From NCBI GenBank assembly GCA_022683945.1, contig JAJHSH010000027.1, forward strand, positions 1-63,822: DNA of 63,822 bases. The letters run 5' to 3'. Numbering within the stretch: the first letter of the stretch is position 1; each line of letters starts with the position of its first letter. Positions 34,365-44,844 of this stretch are shown here, piece after piece. Under the pieces are notes generated by a model. It saw only the letters and a program-made list of their open reading frames with translations. It was not told the DNA's origin and made no database searches. This DNA comes from Candidatus Acetothermia bacterium. Lineage in GTDB: Bacteria > Bipolaricaulota > Bipolaricaulia > RBG-16-55-9 > DRXL01. Position numbers and translations under genes: made by a program.

Positions 34365-35039
34365 ATGAAACGCAGCTTTGTCTTTGTTATTGGGCTTCTC
34401 GCTTTGGGTGCTTTTCTCTACGGGTGTGGAGGCGGTGGGACGACCACGACCAAAGATGCTTCACCGCCGCCGCCACCTCCGTCTCCGCCGCTCTCAGCGA
34501 CCATCGCAGCCAATCCCACAGAAGGCCCCGCACCCTTGGAAGTCTCCTTCTCCGCCCAAGTCCAAGGCGGCACAGCGGCCAGCTATCTCTGGGACTTCGG
34601 TGACGGACAGACCTCTACGGAGCAGGCCCCATCTCATAAATTCGAGAAAGAGGGCGCTTACACCGTAAAGTTGACGGTAACGTCAGACCAGGGCGCTACA
34701 GCTACTGCTGAAAGCACCGTTCAAATAAAGTCCGGCAGCACATCTGAAAAGCCCGTACAGATCGTCAAGATGGTCATGGACGCCGAAGGAAAGAATTTCT
34801 TTGATCCCGCAGAATTGACGATCAAAGTCGGCGAGACAGTTCGCTGGGTTAACGATTCCGGAGTTCACGACGTGAGCTCTACGAAGGTTCCTGAGGGAGC
34901 AACGGCTTTCAAATCAGAGCTTTTCACAGCCCCTGGGATGACGTTTGAGCACACGTTCACCGTGCCGGGTGAGTACGAGTACGTCTGCACCCCGCACGAA
35001 GCGTTAGGGATGGTGGGAAAGATCATCGTCACGCCCTAG
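34365..35039 (+). CDS. lipoprotein with a PKD domain fused to a plastocyanin-like cupredoxin domain
   Basis: Lipobox LYGC, a Pro-rich linker, the PKD signature WDFGDGQTS...[10 protein letters not shown], and the type-1 copper ligand pattern H..(GVHDV)...C-TP-H-EALG-M. Confidence 0.8.
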   Translation: MKRSFVFVIGLLALGAFLYGCGGGGTTTTKDASPPPPPPSPPLSATIAANPTEGPAPLEVSFSAQVQGGTAASYLWDFGDGQTSTEQAPSHKFEKEGAYTVKLTVTSDQGATATAESTVQIKSGSTSEKPVQIVKMVMDAEGKNFFDPAELTIKVGETVRWVNDSGVHDVSSTKVPEGATAFKSELFTAPGMTFEHTFTVPGEYEYVCTPHEALGMVGKIIVTP

Positions 35040-35058
35040 ATTATTTTACGAAAAGACC

Positions 35059-36096
35059 GTGAAAAGACTGATCGATCTGCGCAGCGACACCGTCACCAGG
35101 CCCACAGCGGCCATGCGCCGCGCGATGGCCGAGGCCGAGGTGGGCGACGATGTCTTCGGCGAAGATCCGACGGTGAACCGACTGCAAGAGAGGGCGGCCC
35201 AGCTCTTCGGGCGTGAGGCCGCCCTCTTCGTCCCTTCGGGCATGATGGGCAATCAGATAGCTCTGAAAGTCCACACCCAGCCGGGAGACGAAGTCATCTT
35301 AGAAGAAGCTTCGCATATCTTTAATGCCGAGCTCGCGATGATGGGCGCTTTTTCTGGCGTGATCCCGCGCCCGGTCGTCACCGAACGGGGCTTCATGCGC
35401 TGGGAGCAGATCGAGCCGCTGATTCGCCCCAAAGTTTATTATTATTCACAGACTACGCTGATCTGTTTGGAAAATACCCATAATTTCAAGGGCGGGAGTC
35501 TCTATCCGTTTGATTGGGTCTGCGAGATCATCGAGCGGGCGCACGCGCGCGGTCTGAGAGTCCATCTCGACGGCGCACGGATCTTCAATGCTGCCGTAGC
35601 GACAAAAAGAAGTGTCAAAGAACTGACGGCCGACTTCGACTCGGTGATGTTCTGCCTCTCCAAAGGGCTGGGAGCGCCGGTGGGCTCCATGCTCGTCGGC
35701 TCCAGAGAGTTCATCGAGAAGGCGCGCAGAGTGCGCAAGATGCTCGGCGGGGGAATGCGCCAAGCGGGAATCCTAGCCGCTGCGGGACTCTATGCCCTCG
35801 AACATCATATCGAGCGTCTGAAAGAAGACCACGAGAACGCACAGCTCTTGGCGCAAGAGCTGCGAAAGATCGAAGAGATCTCTTCAGAGCCTGTCGAGAC
35901 GAATATCATCATATTCTCTCTCACGCGCACGCCTGCAGAGAAATTGGTGGCCGCGCTCAAGGCGCGCGATATTCTCATCCATGCGATCGGACCCCAGAAG
36001 ATTCGGCTTGTGACTCATCTGGACGTAAACCGTTCTGATCTTCTGAGTGCTGCTCGCGCTATAGAAGAGAGCCTTCAAAATTATCAAAATTATTGA
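35059..36096 (+). CDS. ltaE: low-specificity L-threonine aldolase (PLP)
   Basis: [13 protein letters not shown].....GDDV.GEDPTVN.L, and the [10 protein letters not shown] lysine site. GTG start. Confidence 0.85.
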   Translation: MKRLIDLRSDTVTRPTAAMRRAMAEAEVGDDVFGEDPTVNRLQERAAQLFGREAALFVPSGMMGNQIALKVHTQPGDEVILEEASHIFNAELAMMGAFSGVIPRPVVTERGFMRWEQIEPLIRPKVYYYSQTTLICLENTHNFKGGSLYPFDWVCEIIERAHARGLRVHLDGARIFNAAVATKRSVKELTADFDSVMFCLSKGLGAPVGSMLVGSREFIEKARRVRKMLGGGMRQAGILAAAGLYALEHHIERLKEDHENAQLLAQELRKIEEISSEPVETNIIIFSLTRTPAEKLVAALKARDILIHAIGPQKIRLVTHLDVNRSDLLSAARAIEESLQNYQNY

Positions 36097-36206
36097 AACT
36101 TTTTCCCAATCTCTGGGTATTATAATTCTAGCATAGTGCACGGGCCGTCCCTAGGCTTGTCGCGCGTTTTTATGCTATAATAAATCTGTTAAGGAGGCGA
36201 AGGACG

Positions 36207-37466
36207 ATGAAGCATTGCAGCCGACGCGCCTTCCTCAAGAGCTTCGGCATCGCCGCCGGAGCGCTCGTCTTGACACGGGCTGGGGCCTATGCCCAAGCTC
36301 CAACGCTGACTATAGGTGTTCTCTACGGCAGCAAGCTCCCTTTGGGACTGGGCATCCTCAACGGCGCGCAGCTCGCTGGGGATGAACTGAGGTACAGAGT
36401 GATTCCCGCAGACTTGGACAACGAAGGAGATCCCGCACGCGTCCGCAGCGCTCTTAGCGCTCTTGCCGGCCAGGGCGCACAGGCCATCGTAGGAGCAGCA
36501 CGGTCCGAGACGGTCGCGGCGCTTCTTCCAGAACTGCCGCGCTTGAAAGTGCCCGTGCTCATCACCGGCACTCCTGTGGGAGGCACCGATCAAGTCGCGG
36601 CCAACTATGCTAATCTGAAATATCTCTTCCGTGTGGGCGTGGTCAACCAAGCGGCTCAGATCTTTGATGGCGGCCAGTTCGCCGGTGAGTTCTTGAGCGC
36701 TCTGCTCAAGAGCGGAAAGCTTCCCGGCAAGGGCGAGGTCGCACTCACAGGCGACGCCCCTAGTGGAGACTTCCGCAACGCGCTGATGGCGCGCCTGAAC
36801 AGAGTCGGACTCTCTGTCATAGGCAATCTGAGCGACCCGCAGCCGGCAGCGCTCCTGGAGCGCCTGCAACGGATTGGAGTCTCGGCGGCAGTAACGGTCT
36901 TCTTCGATGCGGCTTACGGGGCAGCGTTTACGACGGCGTGGTCGCAGAACAAAGTCAAGATCGGGCTCTTCGGCTGGAACGAAGCGCTGTTGAGCGGCGA
37001 TCTCGGCGGAGCGGCGACGGGCTATCTCTTGGCGGATTTCGCTGCAGAATCCCCCAAAGTGGGAGCGCGCACCGCAGAGTTTTATAGCAATTACTCCAAG
37101 CGCTTCGGCGCGCGCCCGGCCTACACCGCGGCGACGACCTATGACGCCCTCTATGCGCTCTCTGACGCCGCGCGTCGCGCCGGCACCACCGATGGCGAAC
37201 GATTAGTCACAGCGCTTGAAGGGATCAGACTCAACGGAGTCGTCGGATTGATTCGTTTTTACAGCATCGAAGAGCAGAATCGCGATCCGTTGAAATTGGC
37301 CGTTGCCCACGATCAAGTCTACGGGCTCAATCGTGCGGGAGGCGCACCCGCATTTGACGGCGTGCGGCCCTTTTATGTGCAATTGCGCGCCGGGGGCCAA
37401 CGCGTCGCGCTCTATCCCAGCGAGTACGCCGTCGGCTCCTATGAGCTGCCGCCGCATTTTAGCTAA
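36207..37466 (+). CDS. ABC transporter substrate-binding protein, Leu/Ile/Val-binding (Peripla_BP_6) type, Tat signal
   Basis: Twin-arginine signal SRRAFLKSFGIAAGALVL and a type I periplasmic-binding fold pattern. No cognate permease is adjacent. Confidence 0.8.
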   Translation: MKHCSRRAFLKSFGIAAGALVLTRAGAYAQAPTLTIGVLYGSKLPLGLGILNGAQLAGDELRYRVIPADLDNEGDPARVRSALSALAGQGAQAIVGAARSETVAALLPELPRLKVPVLITGTPVGGTDQVAANYANLKYLFRVGVVNQAAQIFDGGQFAGEFLSALLKSGKLPGKGEVALTGDAPSGDFRNALMARLNRVGLSVIGNLSDPQPAALLERLQRIGVSAAVTVFFDAAYGAAFTTAWSQNKVKIGLFGWNEALLSGDLGGAATGYLLADFAAESPKVGARTAEFYSNYSKRFGARPAYTAATTYDALYALSDAARRAGTTDGERLVTALEGIRLNGVVGLIRFYSIEEQNRDPLKLAVAHDQVYGLNRAGGAPAFDGVRPFYVQLRAGGQRVALYPSEYAVGSYELPPHFS

Positions 37467-37472
37467 ATTCTT

Positions 37473-37534
37473 CCACCCTCACCCCATCCCTCTCCCTCTT
37501 AGGGAGAGGGTGGCCGAAGGCCGGGTGAGGGTGG
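37473..37534. repeat. family A palindromic repeat, long variant
   Basis: ccaccctcaccccatccctctccctcttagggagagggtggccgaaggccgggtgagggtgg. Confidence 0.9.
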
Positions 37535-37567
37535 AAAGTAGAGTTAAGAGTAAGGAGGCGAGAGAGC

Positions 37568-39478
37568 ATGAGGAGGTTCGGGAGGAGTCTTCTCTCTTTT
37601 GTAGTTCTGTTAATTGTTTTCGGCTTCTTGACCGGCTCGCTTTCACAGTCCCAAATTGAGAGTCCTAACGCGCCGAGAATTATATATATTCAGCTTCCCA
37701 AGGGAAGATGCGTAGCAGCCCCGCCCGGACTGCCCGCAGATAGATGCCCCGGCCCCGCGGCCATCGTCAATTGGATCGCCGCCGACGGCCGTGATTTTAT
37801 CGGTTCTATCGGCTACGAAGACAGCGATAAAGATATTATCAAAGTGACCTTCAGAGTGGTCGAGGTCACTGGGGAAGGCTCTTTCAGAAGAGATCAGACG
37901 TTCAGCTTCGAGCCACCCTTGGGAGGACAAGCCGCCGATCGCGGAGCTTTTGATTTTCGCATCTTCAGCACCGCTCCTCAAGACGTCACGCTCAGCGTCA
38001 TCTTGGAAGACAGCAAGAAGAACACCAGTCAGCCCAAGATATTCTCTTTCAAAGCCGTCGGCTCCGACCCGGTGATCACCAAGATCGAGTTCTCTCCGGA
38101 GATCCCTATCGGCGCACCGCGTGAGCTCAAGATTAATTTCATAGATCGTGAGGGCGATCTCAGTCTGGTCACCCTCCAGCCGCCCAGCATTGGACGGCTG
38201 ACGACCTGTCAGCGCCTGCGCCAAGAAGGCGCGCAAGAGATACGAGATTCTCTGTTGGGCGCTGTGGACGTCAGTCAGGAGGCTCTGGGCCAACAAGAGG
38301 GCCAGCTCACGTTCAGAGTCGTCTGTCCCAACGCCCAGCGCGTGCAAGTGAGAGTGGCCCTCTCGGACATTCGCGGGAACCAGAACAATCCGAGCTTGCT
38401 CCGTCAACCGGAGACGTTTGAGTTCATCGTCGGTCGTCAGCTGACGGCCGATCTCTATTTTTTGGATCAATTCGGCAGCCCGGGCGGCGATCCCGGACAG
38501 TTCAGCAGTCCGCAAGGACTCGCCGTGGACAGCCTCAATCGCATCTTCGTCGCCGACACAGCCAACCATCGCATTCAGATTTTTGATCAAGATCGTCTGC
38601 GTCGTCCGGGCAAGCCGCCCCTCTATATTTGGGGCAGCCGGTGTCTGCTCCGTGAGGGCTGCACCGATCCCGACGGCGGCGGCCCGCTCGTCCCCGGCGA
38701 AGCCCAATTCGACGGCGCAACCGATGTAGCTATCGACGGTGAGAACAACGTTTACGTCGTGGACAGCGGCAACAACGTCATTCAGAAATTCAAGATAGAT
38801 ACCGCGTGTACTTCCCCATTGAAGCCCGTCGTGCCGGGCGTCTGCTTTGTGACCAAGTGGGGCAGCCGGGGCAGCGCTGCCGGTCTCTTTGAGACCCCGC
38901 TCTCGCTCGCTGTAGACAGCAAGAACAGAGTTCTCTATGTGACGGATAAGCTCAACCATCGCGTACAGAAATTCGATCTCAACGGGGTCTTTCAGCGCGC
39001 GTGGGGCAGCAGATGTGAGCTGGAGCGCGCCAGCGACCCGCGCTCCGGCTGCACCGATCCCGACGGCACCGGCCCGCTCCAAGTGGGCGACGGGCAGTTC
39101 AACGAACCGACCTCGGTTGCCGTCGACAGCGCGGGCAACGTTTACGTCGCCGATTCGGGAAATCATCGCATACAGAAATTCGATCCCAACGGGAAATTCT
39201 TAGCGCGCTGGGGGCGGCGCGGCGCGAGCACAGCGCAATTTGAGACGCCGCGCGGCTTGACTATTGACGGCAAAGGCGATATTCTCGTGGTTGACCAGGG
39301 CAACGACCGCGTGCAGAAATTTACTAACGATGGTCGCTTTCTAGAGCTTTGGGGCGACAGCGGCAAGACCGAGGGACGCTTTGATTTCCCGCAAGACATC
39401 GGGATAGATGCCGAGGGAAATATCTATATTGTTGAGCTCTTGAGCCATCGCGCGCAGAAGCTGGGAAGACTGCCTTAA
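37568..39478 (+). CDS. NHL-repeat beta-propeller surface protein (636 aa)
   Basis: N-terminal signal/anchor, about 280 aa of beta-rich domains, then six NHL repeats (e.g. FSSPQGLAVDSLNRIFVADTANHRIQIFD). Repeated Cys-containing linkers of the form GSRC...GCTDPDG(G/T)GPL are also present. Confidence 0.85.
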   Translation: MRRFGRSLLSFVVLLIVFGFLTGSLSQSQIESPNAPRIIYIQLPKGRCVAAPPGLPADRCPGPAAIVNWIAADGRDFIGSIGYEDSDKDIIKVTFRVVEVTGEGSFRRDQTFSFEPPLGGQAADRGAFDFRIFSTAPQDVTLSVILEDSKKNTSQPKIFSFKAVGSDPVITKIEFSPEIPIGAPRELKINFIDREGDLSLVTLQPPSIGRLTTCQRLRQEGAQEIRDSLLGAVDVSQEALGQQEGQLTFRVVCPNAQRVQVRVALSDIRGNQNNPSLLRQPETFEFIVGRQLTADLYFLDQFGSPGGDPGQFSSPQGLAVDSLNRIFVADTANHRIQIFDQDRLRRPGKPPLYIWGSRCLLREGCTDPDGGGPLVPGEAQFDGATDVAIDGENNVYVVDSGNNVIQKFKIDTACTSPLKPVVPGVCFVTKWGSRGSAAGLFETPLSLAVDSKNRVLYVTDKLNHRVQKFDLNGVFQRAWGSRCELERASDPRSGCTDPDGTGPLQVGDGQFNEPTSVAVDSAGNVYVADSGNHRIQKFDPNGKFLARWGRRGASTAQFETPRGLTIDGKGDILVVDQGNDRVQKFTNDGRFLELWGDSGKTEGRFDFPQDIGIDAEGNIYIVELLSHRAQKLGRLP

Positions 39479-39479
39479 G

Positions 39480-39529
39480 CCCTGCACTCTCTCCCTTGAA
39501 GCTTGAAGGGAGAGGGAGGGGTGAGGGTG
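39480..39529. repeat. family A palindromic repeat, degenerate left arm
   Basis: ccctgcactctctcccttgaagcttgaagggagagggaggggtgagggtg. Confidence 0.75.
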
Positions 39530-39549
39530 AAAATAGGAGGAGGAGGCTT

Positions 39550-40854
39550 ATGCTCTGGAGGAGATGGCTGGCTCTAGGATTGTTGGTGATCGCCGGCGCG
39601 TTGCCGTCGGTAACTGTAGGTCAGCCCGTGTTGTTGCAATTGGTCTTTCGCGTCCCCGATGGCAGCCCCATACGTTCTTCGCCCGTCGTTGACATAGCCA
39701 AGAGCGTCATCTATTTTGGGGCCGACGACGGCAATCTCTACGCCATCCCTATCCCCACGCGCGATCTGCCGCGCCCCTCTCCCAAGTGGATCTTCGAGCC
39801 TCGCGACCCGGACGATCTCTCCAAGCCCTTGGATACGCGCAGACGTCGCCCCATACGCGTCACGCCGGTCATAGATGAAGCGCGCAATAGAATCTATATC
39901 GCTACAGATAACGGCTATCTCTATGCCGTAGATCGCGACACGGGGCAACCCGCTGTCGATCCAGCGTTCCGCGCTCCGGTACGACCGGCTTCCATTCGCG
40001 TCCCACCCGCGCTCGATCAAGTTCTGGGCCGGCTCTACGTGGGCGCCGATGATCGTCAGATCAGCGCTTTAGATATTAGCAACGGCTCCTCCGCAGGGGT
40101 CTTCAACCAACCGAAGGGTGCCATTCGCGCCGCTCCGGTGATAGACTTCGTCAGCAATGCCGTCTATTTCGGAGCCGATGACGGCAAGTTCTATGGGATT
40201 GATCGGGAGAACATTACCAATCCGGCAACAGGCTTTAAAGATGTCGCGATCGGCAATCCCGTGCGCGGTTCACCCGTGATAGACATCGGCGGGGCCGGGG
40301 TAGCCGCTGCCATCTATTTTGGGGCAGACAACGGATTCTTCTATGCGATCGATCGCAGCGGCAAAGAACTCTACAAATTCGAGACCGGCGGGCCGATCCG
40401 CACCATGGCTGCTATTGATACGTTTAAGAGAGCTGTCTATCTTGTCTCCGATGACGGCAATCTCTATGCGCTCTATCGCAGTGACGAAAAAGACGCCAAG
40501 GGCGAAGTCGTCCGCCGGGCGGGCACGCGCCGGTTCGGTTTTTCTCTCATCATCGATGGCAATCCCAACCCGCTCGACGGCGATCTGCCGCGTTCTTCGC
40601 CCGTCGTAGACCGTCGTCTGGGCAACACCGGCACGGGCGCTATTCTCGTCGGTTCTGTAGACGGCAATCTCTACGGGATCGACCCCGACACGGGGCGCTT
40701 GAGATTTGCGCACTCTGTGCCCGACGCGGGCAAGAGCCCGCGCGCGGTGATCCGCACCACGCCTGCTATTTACGTCAGCGGGCCCGGAGGGATTATTGAC
40801 ATTTATATCGGGGCCGACGATGGCGGACTCTACTTCGTCAGCCGACGCCCCTAG
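39550..40854 (+). CDS. PQQ-like (BamB-type) beta-propeller repeat protein, secreted
   Basis: Signal peptide MLWRRWLALGLLVIAGALPS. Repeated (I/V)YFGADDG(N/K)(L/F)Y(A/G)ID-type blades such as RIYIATDNGYLYAVDRDTGQ. AGGAGG lies 3 nt before the ATG at 39550. Confidence 0.8.
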   Translation: MLWRRWLALGLLVIAGALPSVTVGQPVLLQLVFRVPDGSPIRSSPVVDIAKSVIYFGADDGNLYAIPIPTRDLPRPSPKWIFEPRDPDDLSKPLDTRRRRPIRVTPVIDEARNRIYIATDNGYLYAVDRDTGQPAVDPAFRAPVRPASIRVPPALDQVLGRLYVGADDRQISALDISNGSSAGVFNQPKGAIRAAPVIDFVSNAVYFGADDGKFYGIDRENITNPATGFKDVAIGNPVRGSPVIDIGGAGVAAAIYFGADNGFFYAIDRSGKELYKFETGGPIRTMAAIDTFKRAVYLVSDDGNLYALYRSDEKDAKGEVVRRAGTRRFGFSLIIDGNPNPLDGDLPRSSPVVDRRLGNTGTGAILVGSVDGNLYGIDPDTGRLRFAHSVPDAGKSPRAVIRTTPAIYVSGPGGIIDIYIGADDGGLYFVSRRP

Positions 40855-40925
40855 ACAAGCAGTTTTCAGAGTGATAGAATGAAGATCACAGAACTAAAGC
40901 AGCAAAAACCTTAAGGAGGTGGCCT

Positions 40926-43900
40926 ATGGGCCGGCTGTGGGGGGTTCGTGCTAAAATGTCTGTGCGCTGGGCAAGTCTGATTCTCTTGGTTTCTCTCTTC
41001 GGGGGTTGGCAACTCTTGACGGGCTTAAGCCAGGCTTCCGGTCCCTCTCTGCCGGAGCTACATCCCATCTCTTTGGTGCTCACGCCTCCTTCGCCCGTAG
41101 AGAAGGGCCTATCGGTCATGGCGCGGGCCAAGATCGTCAACAGCGGCGCCTCGCCCGCGACGCGCTTCACCGTTGAGTTCTTCTATCGCCTCAAGAGCGA
41201 CCTAGCTCGCCCTTGGTTGCCCTTCCCCGAAGGTAAGGGCGTGATCACTCTTGCTCAAGGGCTGCGCCCGCAAGACCAAGCGGTCACCGTAGAGGGCATA
41301 TTAGAGACCCTAAGAACGGAGATCGCACCGGGAAGTTACGAGATCCGTGTTTTGGTAGATTCCGGGAACCAGATCCCCGAACAGGACGAAACGAACAACG
41401 AACTCATCGTGGGCCTACAGATTCGTCCATCGCGGCTGGGACGCCCCGATCTGCAGCCCACCGCTCTGATCTTCACGCCCGCATCCCCCATCGCGCTCAA
41501 CGAGCTGCGCCGCCGAGAGATCGCCGTGAGCGCCACCGTGCGCAACAGCGGGACCGCCGATGCGGGAGCGACAAAAGTGCAATATCTCTTCTGTAAGCTG
41601 CCCAACCCACGCAGCGCTTGCCGCTCCGATCAGTTGAGTGAATTCGCACGCGTTGACCTGACCGAACTCAAAGTCGGCCAAGAACAGACTATCCAAGCTG
41701 TTCTCAAAGCCGCTGACTTGACCCCCGGAGCTTATTTTGTCCAAGTGCGCGTCGATCCTCCCAGCTCAGAGCAGCCCAACGGCGCGATCGAAGAGCAAGA
41801 CGAATCCAATAATACGCTCGCGACGCTCTTAACGATCAAAGGGCCGGAACTCTACGCTGAAAGTATTCTCTTGACGCCCGCGCTCGTCCGCTCCAGCGAC
41901 GATGTCACCGCCGAAGCGAAGATCGCCAACGCCGGAGAAGCGCCGGCTACAGATGTCGTCGTCGCATTTCTGCTCAATGGGCGTCTGCTGGCCAGCACGG
42001 TCATCAAAGAGCTGCCCGCGGGCAGGAGTGAAGCCCCCGCTCGCCAGAGCGCTCAAGCCGTCCTGAAGACGGGCGCACTCGCTCTGCGCCCCGGCGTCTA
42101 TGAACTGAGAGTCGTCGTTGATCCCGAAGATCAGATTATTGAACTGGATGAATCTAATAATACTCTGATCACCGCGCTTACGATCCAGCCCGCGCTGCCC
42201 AAGCTCCCCGAATTGACGCCCAAGTCTTTGCGGCTAACACCGCCCTCGCCCATCGAGCAGGGCGTCGGCACCGTAACGGCAGAGATTCTCAATAATGGAT
42301 CGGAACTCGCCGAGAATTTCGAGGTCGAGTTCTCGGTGCGCGAGCTGGGACGCCTGCGCTGGAACTCCCTTGTCTGTACAGTTAACTGCTCCAAGAACAA
42401 ACTAAACCCCAACGGCGAGTTGGTCAGTCAGGCCCAACTTCCCCCGCTCATCCCCGGAAGCTACGAGATCCGCGTCGTAGTAGATCCACAAAATACCGTA
42501 GAAGAACTTGACGAGACGAATAACGAGATGGCCGTTGCGTTTAGAATCATCACGCCGCGCAAGCCGGACCTGGCGATCATTCGCTTGGCCTTCGATCCGG
42601 CGGCCCTTTCGGTTCAACCCGGACAGGCCGTCCGTATGATCGTCGGCATTGAGAATATAGGCGATGCGCCTGCGGCAGCGTTCAGTGCGCAGTGCGCCCA
42701 GCGCCGCGTCGAAGAGCTCAACCCCAATATCTTCCAGAGATTCGACGTGCCTCCTCTAGCGCCGGGGGAGCGTGTAACCCGCGAGTGTCGCTTAGAAACA
42801 AGCTCACTGCGCCCCGGATTCTATGAGCTGAGCGTCTTGCTCGACCCCGAGGGCAAGATTGACGAGCAGAACAAAGCCAACAACAGCGCCACGAGCGGCG
42901 CAGGCGTTCCGGGGGAGCCGGGGCAAGTCGGCCAAGCGCTCTTAATCTTAGGCCCCGATCTCCTTCCCGATCGGGCCACACTAGAAGCGCGCCGCCCCAA
43001 GACCACAAGTCCCTTGCCTCCCAGCCCGCCACCAGTGAGAATTACACAGGGCGAAGCCCTAGAGACCAGAGTGACGGTGCGCAATCGCGGCGCGCTCGCC
43101 GCCGGCGGCTTCGACGTCGCTTTCTGTCTGCGCGCCCTGGCTACCCAGCCAAGCTGCGCCGAAGCGGGCACGCGCTCCAGAGCTACTGGCCTAGGGCTCC
43201 AAGACGAGTTCCCCGCACGAACTACACTGATCACTGAGGGCTTAGCCCCCGGACTCTACGAGATCGGCGTCCTCGTGGACCCTGCTGAAGATGGGCGCCC
43301 CTTCGGACGCGTCGAGGAGATCAACGAGCGCAACAATATCATCGGTGGATTGGGCAACCTAGCGGGTCTCTTTGTAGAGATCTTGGGAAAGCCCGATCTG
43401 CGCTTCCGCCGTCCGTTGGTCCTCGATCCCCCAGGCCCGATCCCCACAGGGGTCTCTACCGTCAGAGTCTTTGCCGATATTGAAAACGCCGGCGCCGGCC
43501 CGACAACCCGCGCTTTTACTATAGAATTTGCGTTCCGCCGGGTGGACGATCCCAATCAGCCAGACCCGCCCTTCACCGTCTTTGGAACGGCTTCTACCTC
43601 TGATCTTGAAGTAGGACCTGAAAAATCCAAGCAAGTGAAGGCCGATCTCGATCTTACTAATCTTGGGCCGGGAGTCTATGAGATTCGCGTGCTCTTAGAC
43701 CGAGACGATCTCATACCCGAAACGGACAAGACGAACAACCGCGAGACGACCCGAATCTTTGTCGGAAGAGCTGGAGGCCCCGCTGATCTGGCTGCCCTCA
43801 GCCTGACGCCCAATCCAGCGAGCGTCGTGCGCGGCCAGCCCATACGCCTCTCCGCGGTGGTGGCCAATCTAGGAACGGTGGCGGTCGGGCCCTTCCGTGT

Positions 43901-44129
43901 CACGCTGGCGCACCGCTCGCTGTGGGGAGGGGGGCCAGAGATGATCTTCAGCAACCAGCTTCTCCCCGGATTAGCCGCCGGCGCACGCCTCACGCTGACC
44001 GCCGAGCTCAACACCGGCGGGCTTGCGCCCGGACTCTATGAGATCATTCTCACAGTAGACCCAGACAATCGAATACCAGAGACCAATGAAGAGAACAACC
44101 GTATCGTCATCACGGTCAATATCAATTAG
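40926..44129 (+). CDS. giant surface protein with eight CARDB-like repeats (1067 aa)
   Basis: Signal peptide, then 8 modules of roughly 110-130 aa. Each ends in PG.YE(I/L)(R/G/S/I)V(L/V)(V/L)D....(E/D/K)(E/Q)..(E/K/R).NN (e.g. PGSYEIRVLVDSGNQIPEQDETNNE), as in CARDB domains. Confidence 0.85.
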   Translation: MGRLWGVRAKMSVRWASLILLVSLFGGWQLLTGLSQASGPSLPELHPISLVLTPPSPVEKGLSVMARAKIVNSGASPATRFTVEFFYRLKSDLARPWLPFPEGKGVITLAQGLRPQDQAVTVEGILETLRTEIAPGSYEIRVLVDSGNQIPEQDETNNELIVGLQIRPSRLGRPDLQPTALIFTPASPIALNELRRREIAVSATVRNSGTADAGATKVQYLFCKLPNPRSACRSDQLSEFARVDLTELKVGQEQTIQAVLKAADLTPGAYFVQVRVDPPSSEQPNGAIEEQDESNNTLATLLTIKGPELYAESILLTPALVRSSDDVTAEAKIANAGEAPATDVVVAFLLNGRLLASTVIKELPAGRSEAPARQSAQAVLKTGALALRPGVYELRVVVDPEDQIIELDESNNTLITALTIQPALPKLPELTPKSLRLTPPSPIEQGVGTVTAEILNNGSELAENFEVEFSVRELGRLRWNSLVCTVNCSKNKLNPNGELVSQAQLPPLIPGSYEIRVVVDPQNTVEELDETNNEMAVAFRIITPRKPDLAIIRLAFDPAALSVQPGQAVRMIVGIENIGDAPAAAFSAQCAQRRVEELNPNIFQRFDVPPLAPGERVTRECRLETSSLRPGFYELSVLLDPEGKIDEQNKANNSATSGAGVPGEPGQVGQALLILGPDLLPDRATLEARRPKTTSPLPPSPPPVRITQGEALETRVTVRNRGALAAGGFDVAFCLRALATQPSCAEAGTRSRATGLGLQDEFPARTTLITEGLAPGLYEIGVLVDPAEDGRPFGRVEEINERNNIIGGLGNLAGLFVEILGKPDLRFRRPLVLDPPGPIPTGVSTVRVFADIENAGAGPTTRAFTIEFAFRRVDDPNQPDPPFTVFGTASTSDLEVGPEKSKQVKADLDLTNLGPGVYEIRVLLDRDDLIPETDKTNNRETTRIFVGRAGGPADLAALSLTPNPASVVRGQPIRLSAVVANLGTVAVGPFRVTLAHRSLWGGGPEMIFSNQLLPGLAAGARLTLTAELNTGGLAPGLYEIILTVDPDNRIPETNEENNRIVITVNIN

Positions 44130-44718
44130 CAATAGTAGGGGCAGGGTAACCCTGCCCCTACTACTATTGCTCACGGTGCTGGGTTCTGCCCTGTGGGCGC
44201 TGGCCCAGCAAGGGGGATTCTTTCAGAACTACCCCGGCGGTGCGAGCAGATCCGTCTATCGCATCACTCAAGAGAAAGCTATTCATCCCATCTTTTTGAT
44301 TATGGAGATCCAGCCCGTAGGCAGCGACACATTTACCGTGCGCACGATCAACGAAGTGACGGGGACAAGAACAGATCTAGAGAAGGGCGTCTTAGAGGGG
44401 CTGGCGCGCGCGCAGCTCGAAGTCAACAGCGAAGCGATCACGGCGCTGCGGCGCTTTCTCAACGATATTCAGCCCAATAATACTTACGTGCTGCCCAGCG
44501 GTGCGCGCTTTGAAGCCCAAACTCGTGACAAGATCGCCGGAGTTGACGTGATCCGAGGGGTACTCACCGATCCGAAGAAGCCCAATCAGCGCACGGCGCT
44601 GGCGCTGACAACCCATAGAGCCGTCCCCTTCCCACCGCTGCTCCAAGTAGACGAACGCCGCGGACTGCTCTTCGTTACGATCTTCACGCTAGAACTGACT
44701 AGTTTCTCACAACAATAA
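44086..44718 (+). CDS. secreted hypothetical protein (up to 210 aa; start uncertain)
   Basis: Hydrophobic LLLLLTVLGSALWALA-QQ signal-like segment and no recognised domain. The ATG at 44086 overlaps the CARDB gene by 44 nt and the N-terminus runs through the hairpin. In-frame alternatives are TTG at 44167 and GTG at 44176. Confidence 0.45.
   Translation: MKRTTVSSSRSISISNSRGRVTLPLLLLLTVLGSALWALAQQGGFFQNYPGGASRSVYRITQEKAIHPIFLIMEIQPVGSDTFTVRTINEVTGTRTDLEKGVLEGLARAQLEVNSEAITALRRFLNDIQPNNTYVLPSGARFEAQTRDKIAGVDVIRGVLTDPKKPNQRTALALTTHRAVPFPPLLQVDERRGLLFVTIFTLELTSFSQQ
44129..44170. repeat. family C hairpin (TAGGGGC...GCCCCTA) directly after the CARDB gene stop
   Basis: gcaatagtaggggcagggtaaccctgcccctactactattgc. 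It is terminator-like but has no T tract. Confidence 0.6.
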
Positions 44719-44745
44719 TAATTTGAACTTGATCATGGTATCGAA

Positions 44746-44829
44746 AGCTGACAGCAGATTCGGGTAGCAGATTAAGCAGATTCTCCAACAACAATCGGCT
44801 TCATCCGCTACCGAAATCTGCTGTCAGCT
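44746..44829. repeat. family B palindromic repeat, empty form
   Basis: agctgacagcagattcgggtagcagattaagcaga...tccgctaccgaaatctgctgtcagct. Confidence 0.9.
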
Positions 44830-44844
44830 CTACGATTAAAAATA

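Noticed and set aside
36207-37466. The orphan Tat-dependent binding protein as part of a novel transporter
   Set aside because: Orphan Peripla_BP_6 binding proteins are common and often pair with distant liv-type permeases. A full set lies at 57468-62717, so nothing unusual can be supported from sequence alone.
37643-39166. 507-aa minus-strand ORF
   Set aside because: It is antisense to the NHL-repeat gene, whose repeats and signal peptide are unambiguous. It is a GC-rich antisense artefact.
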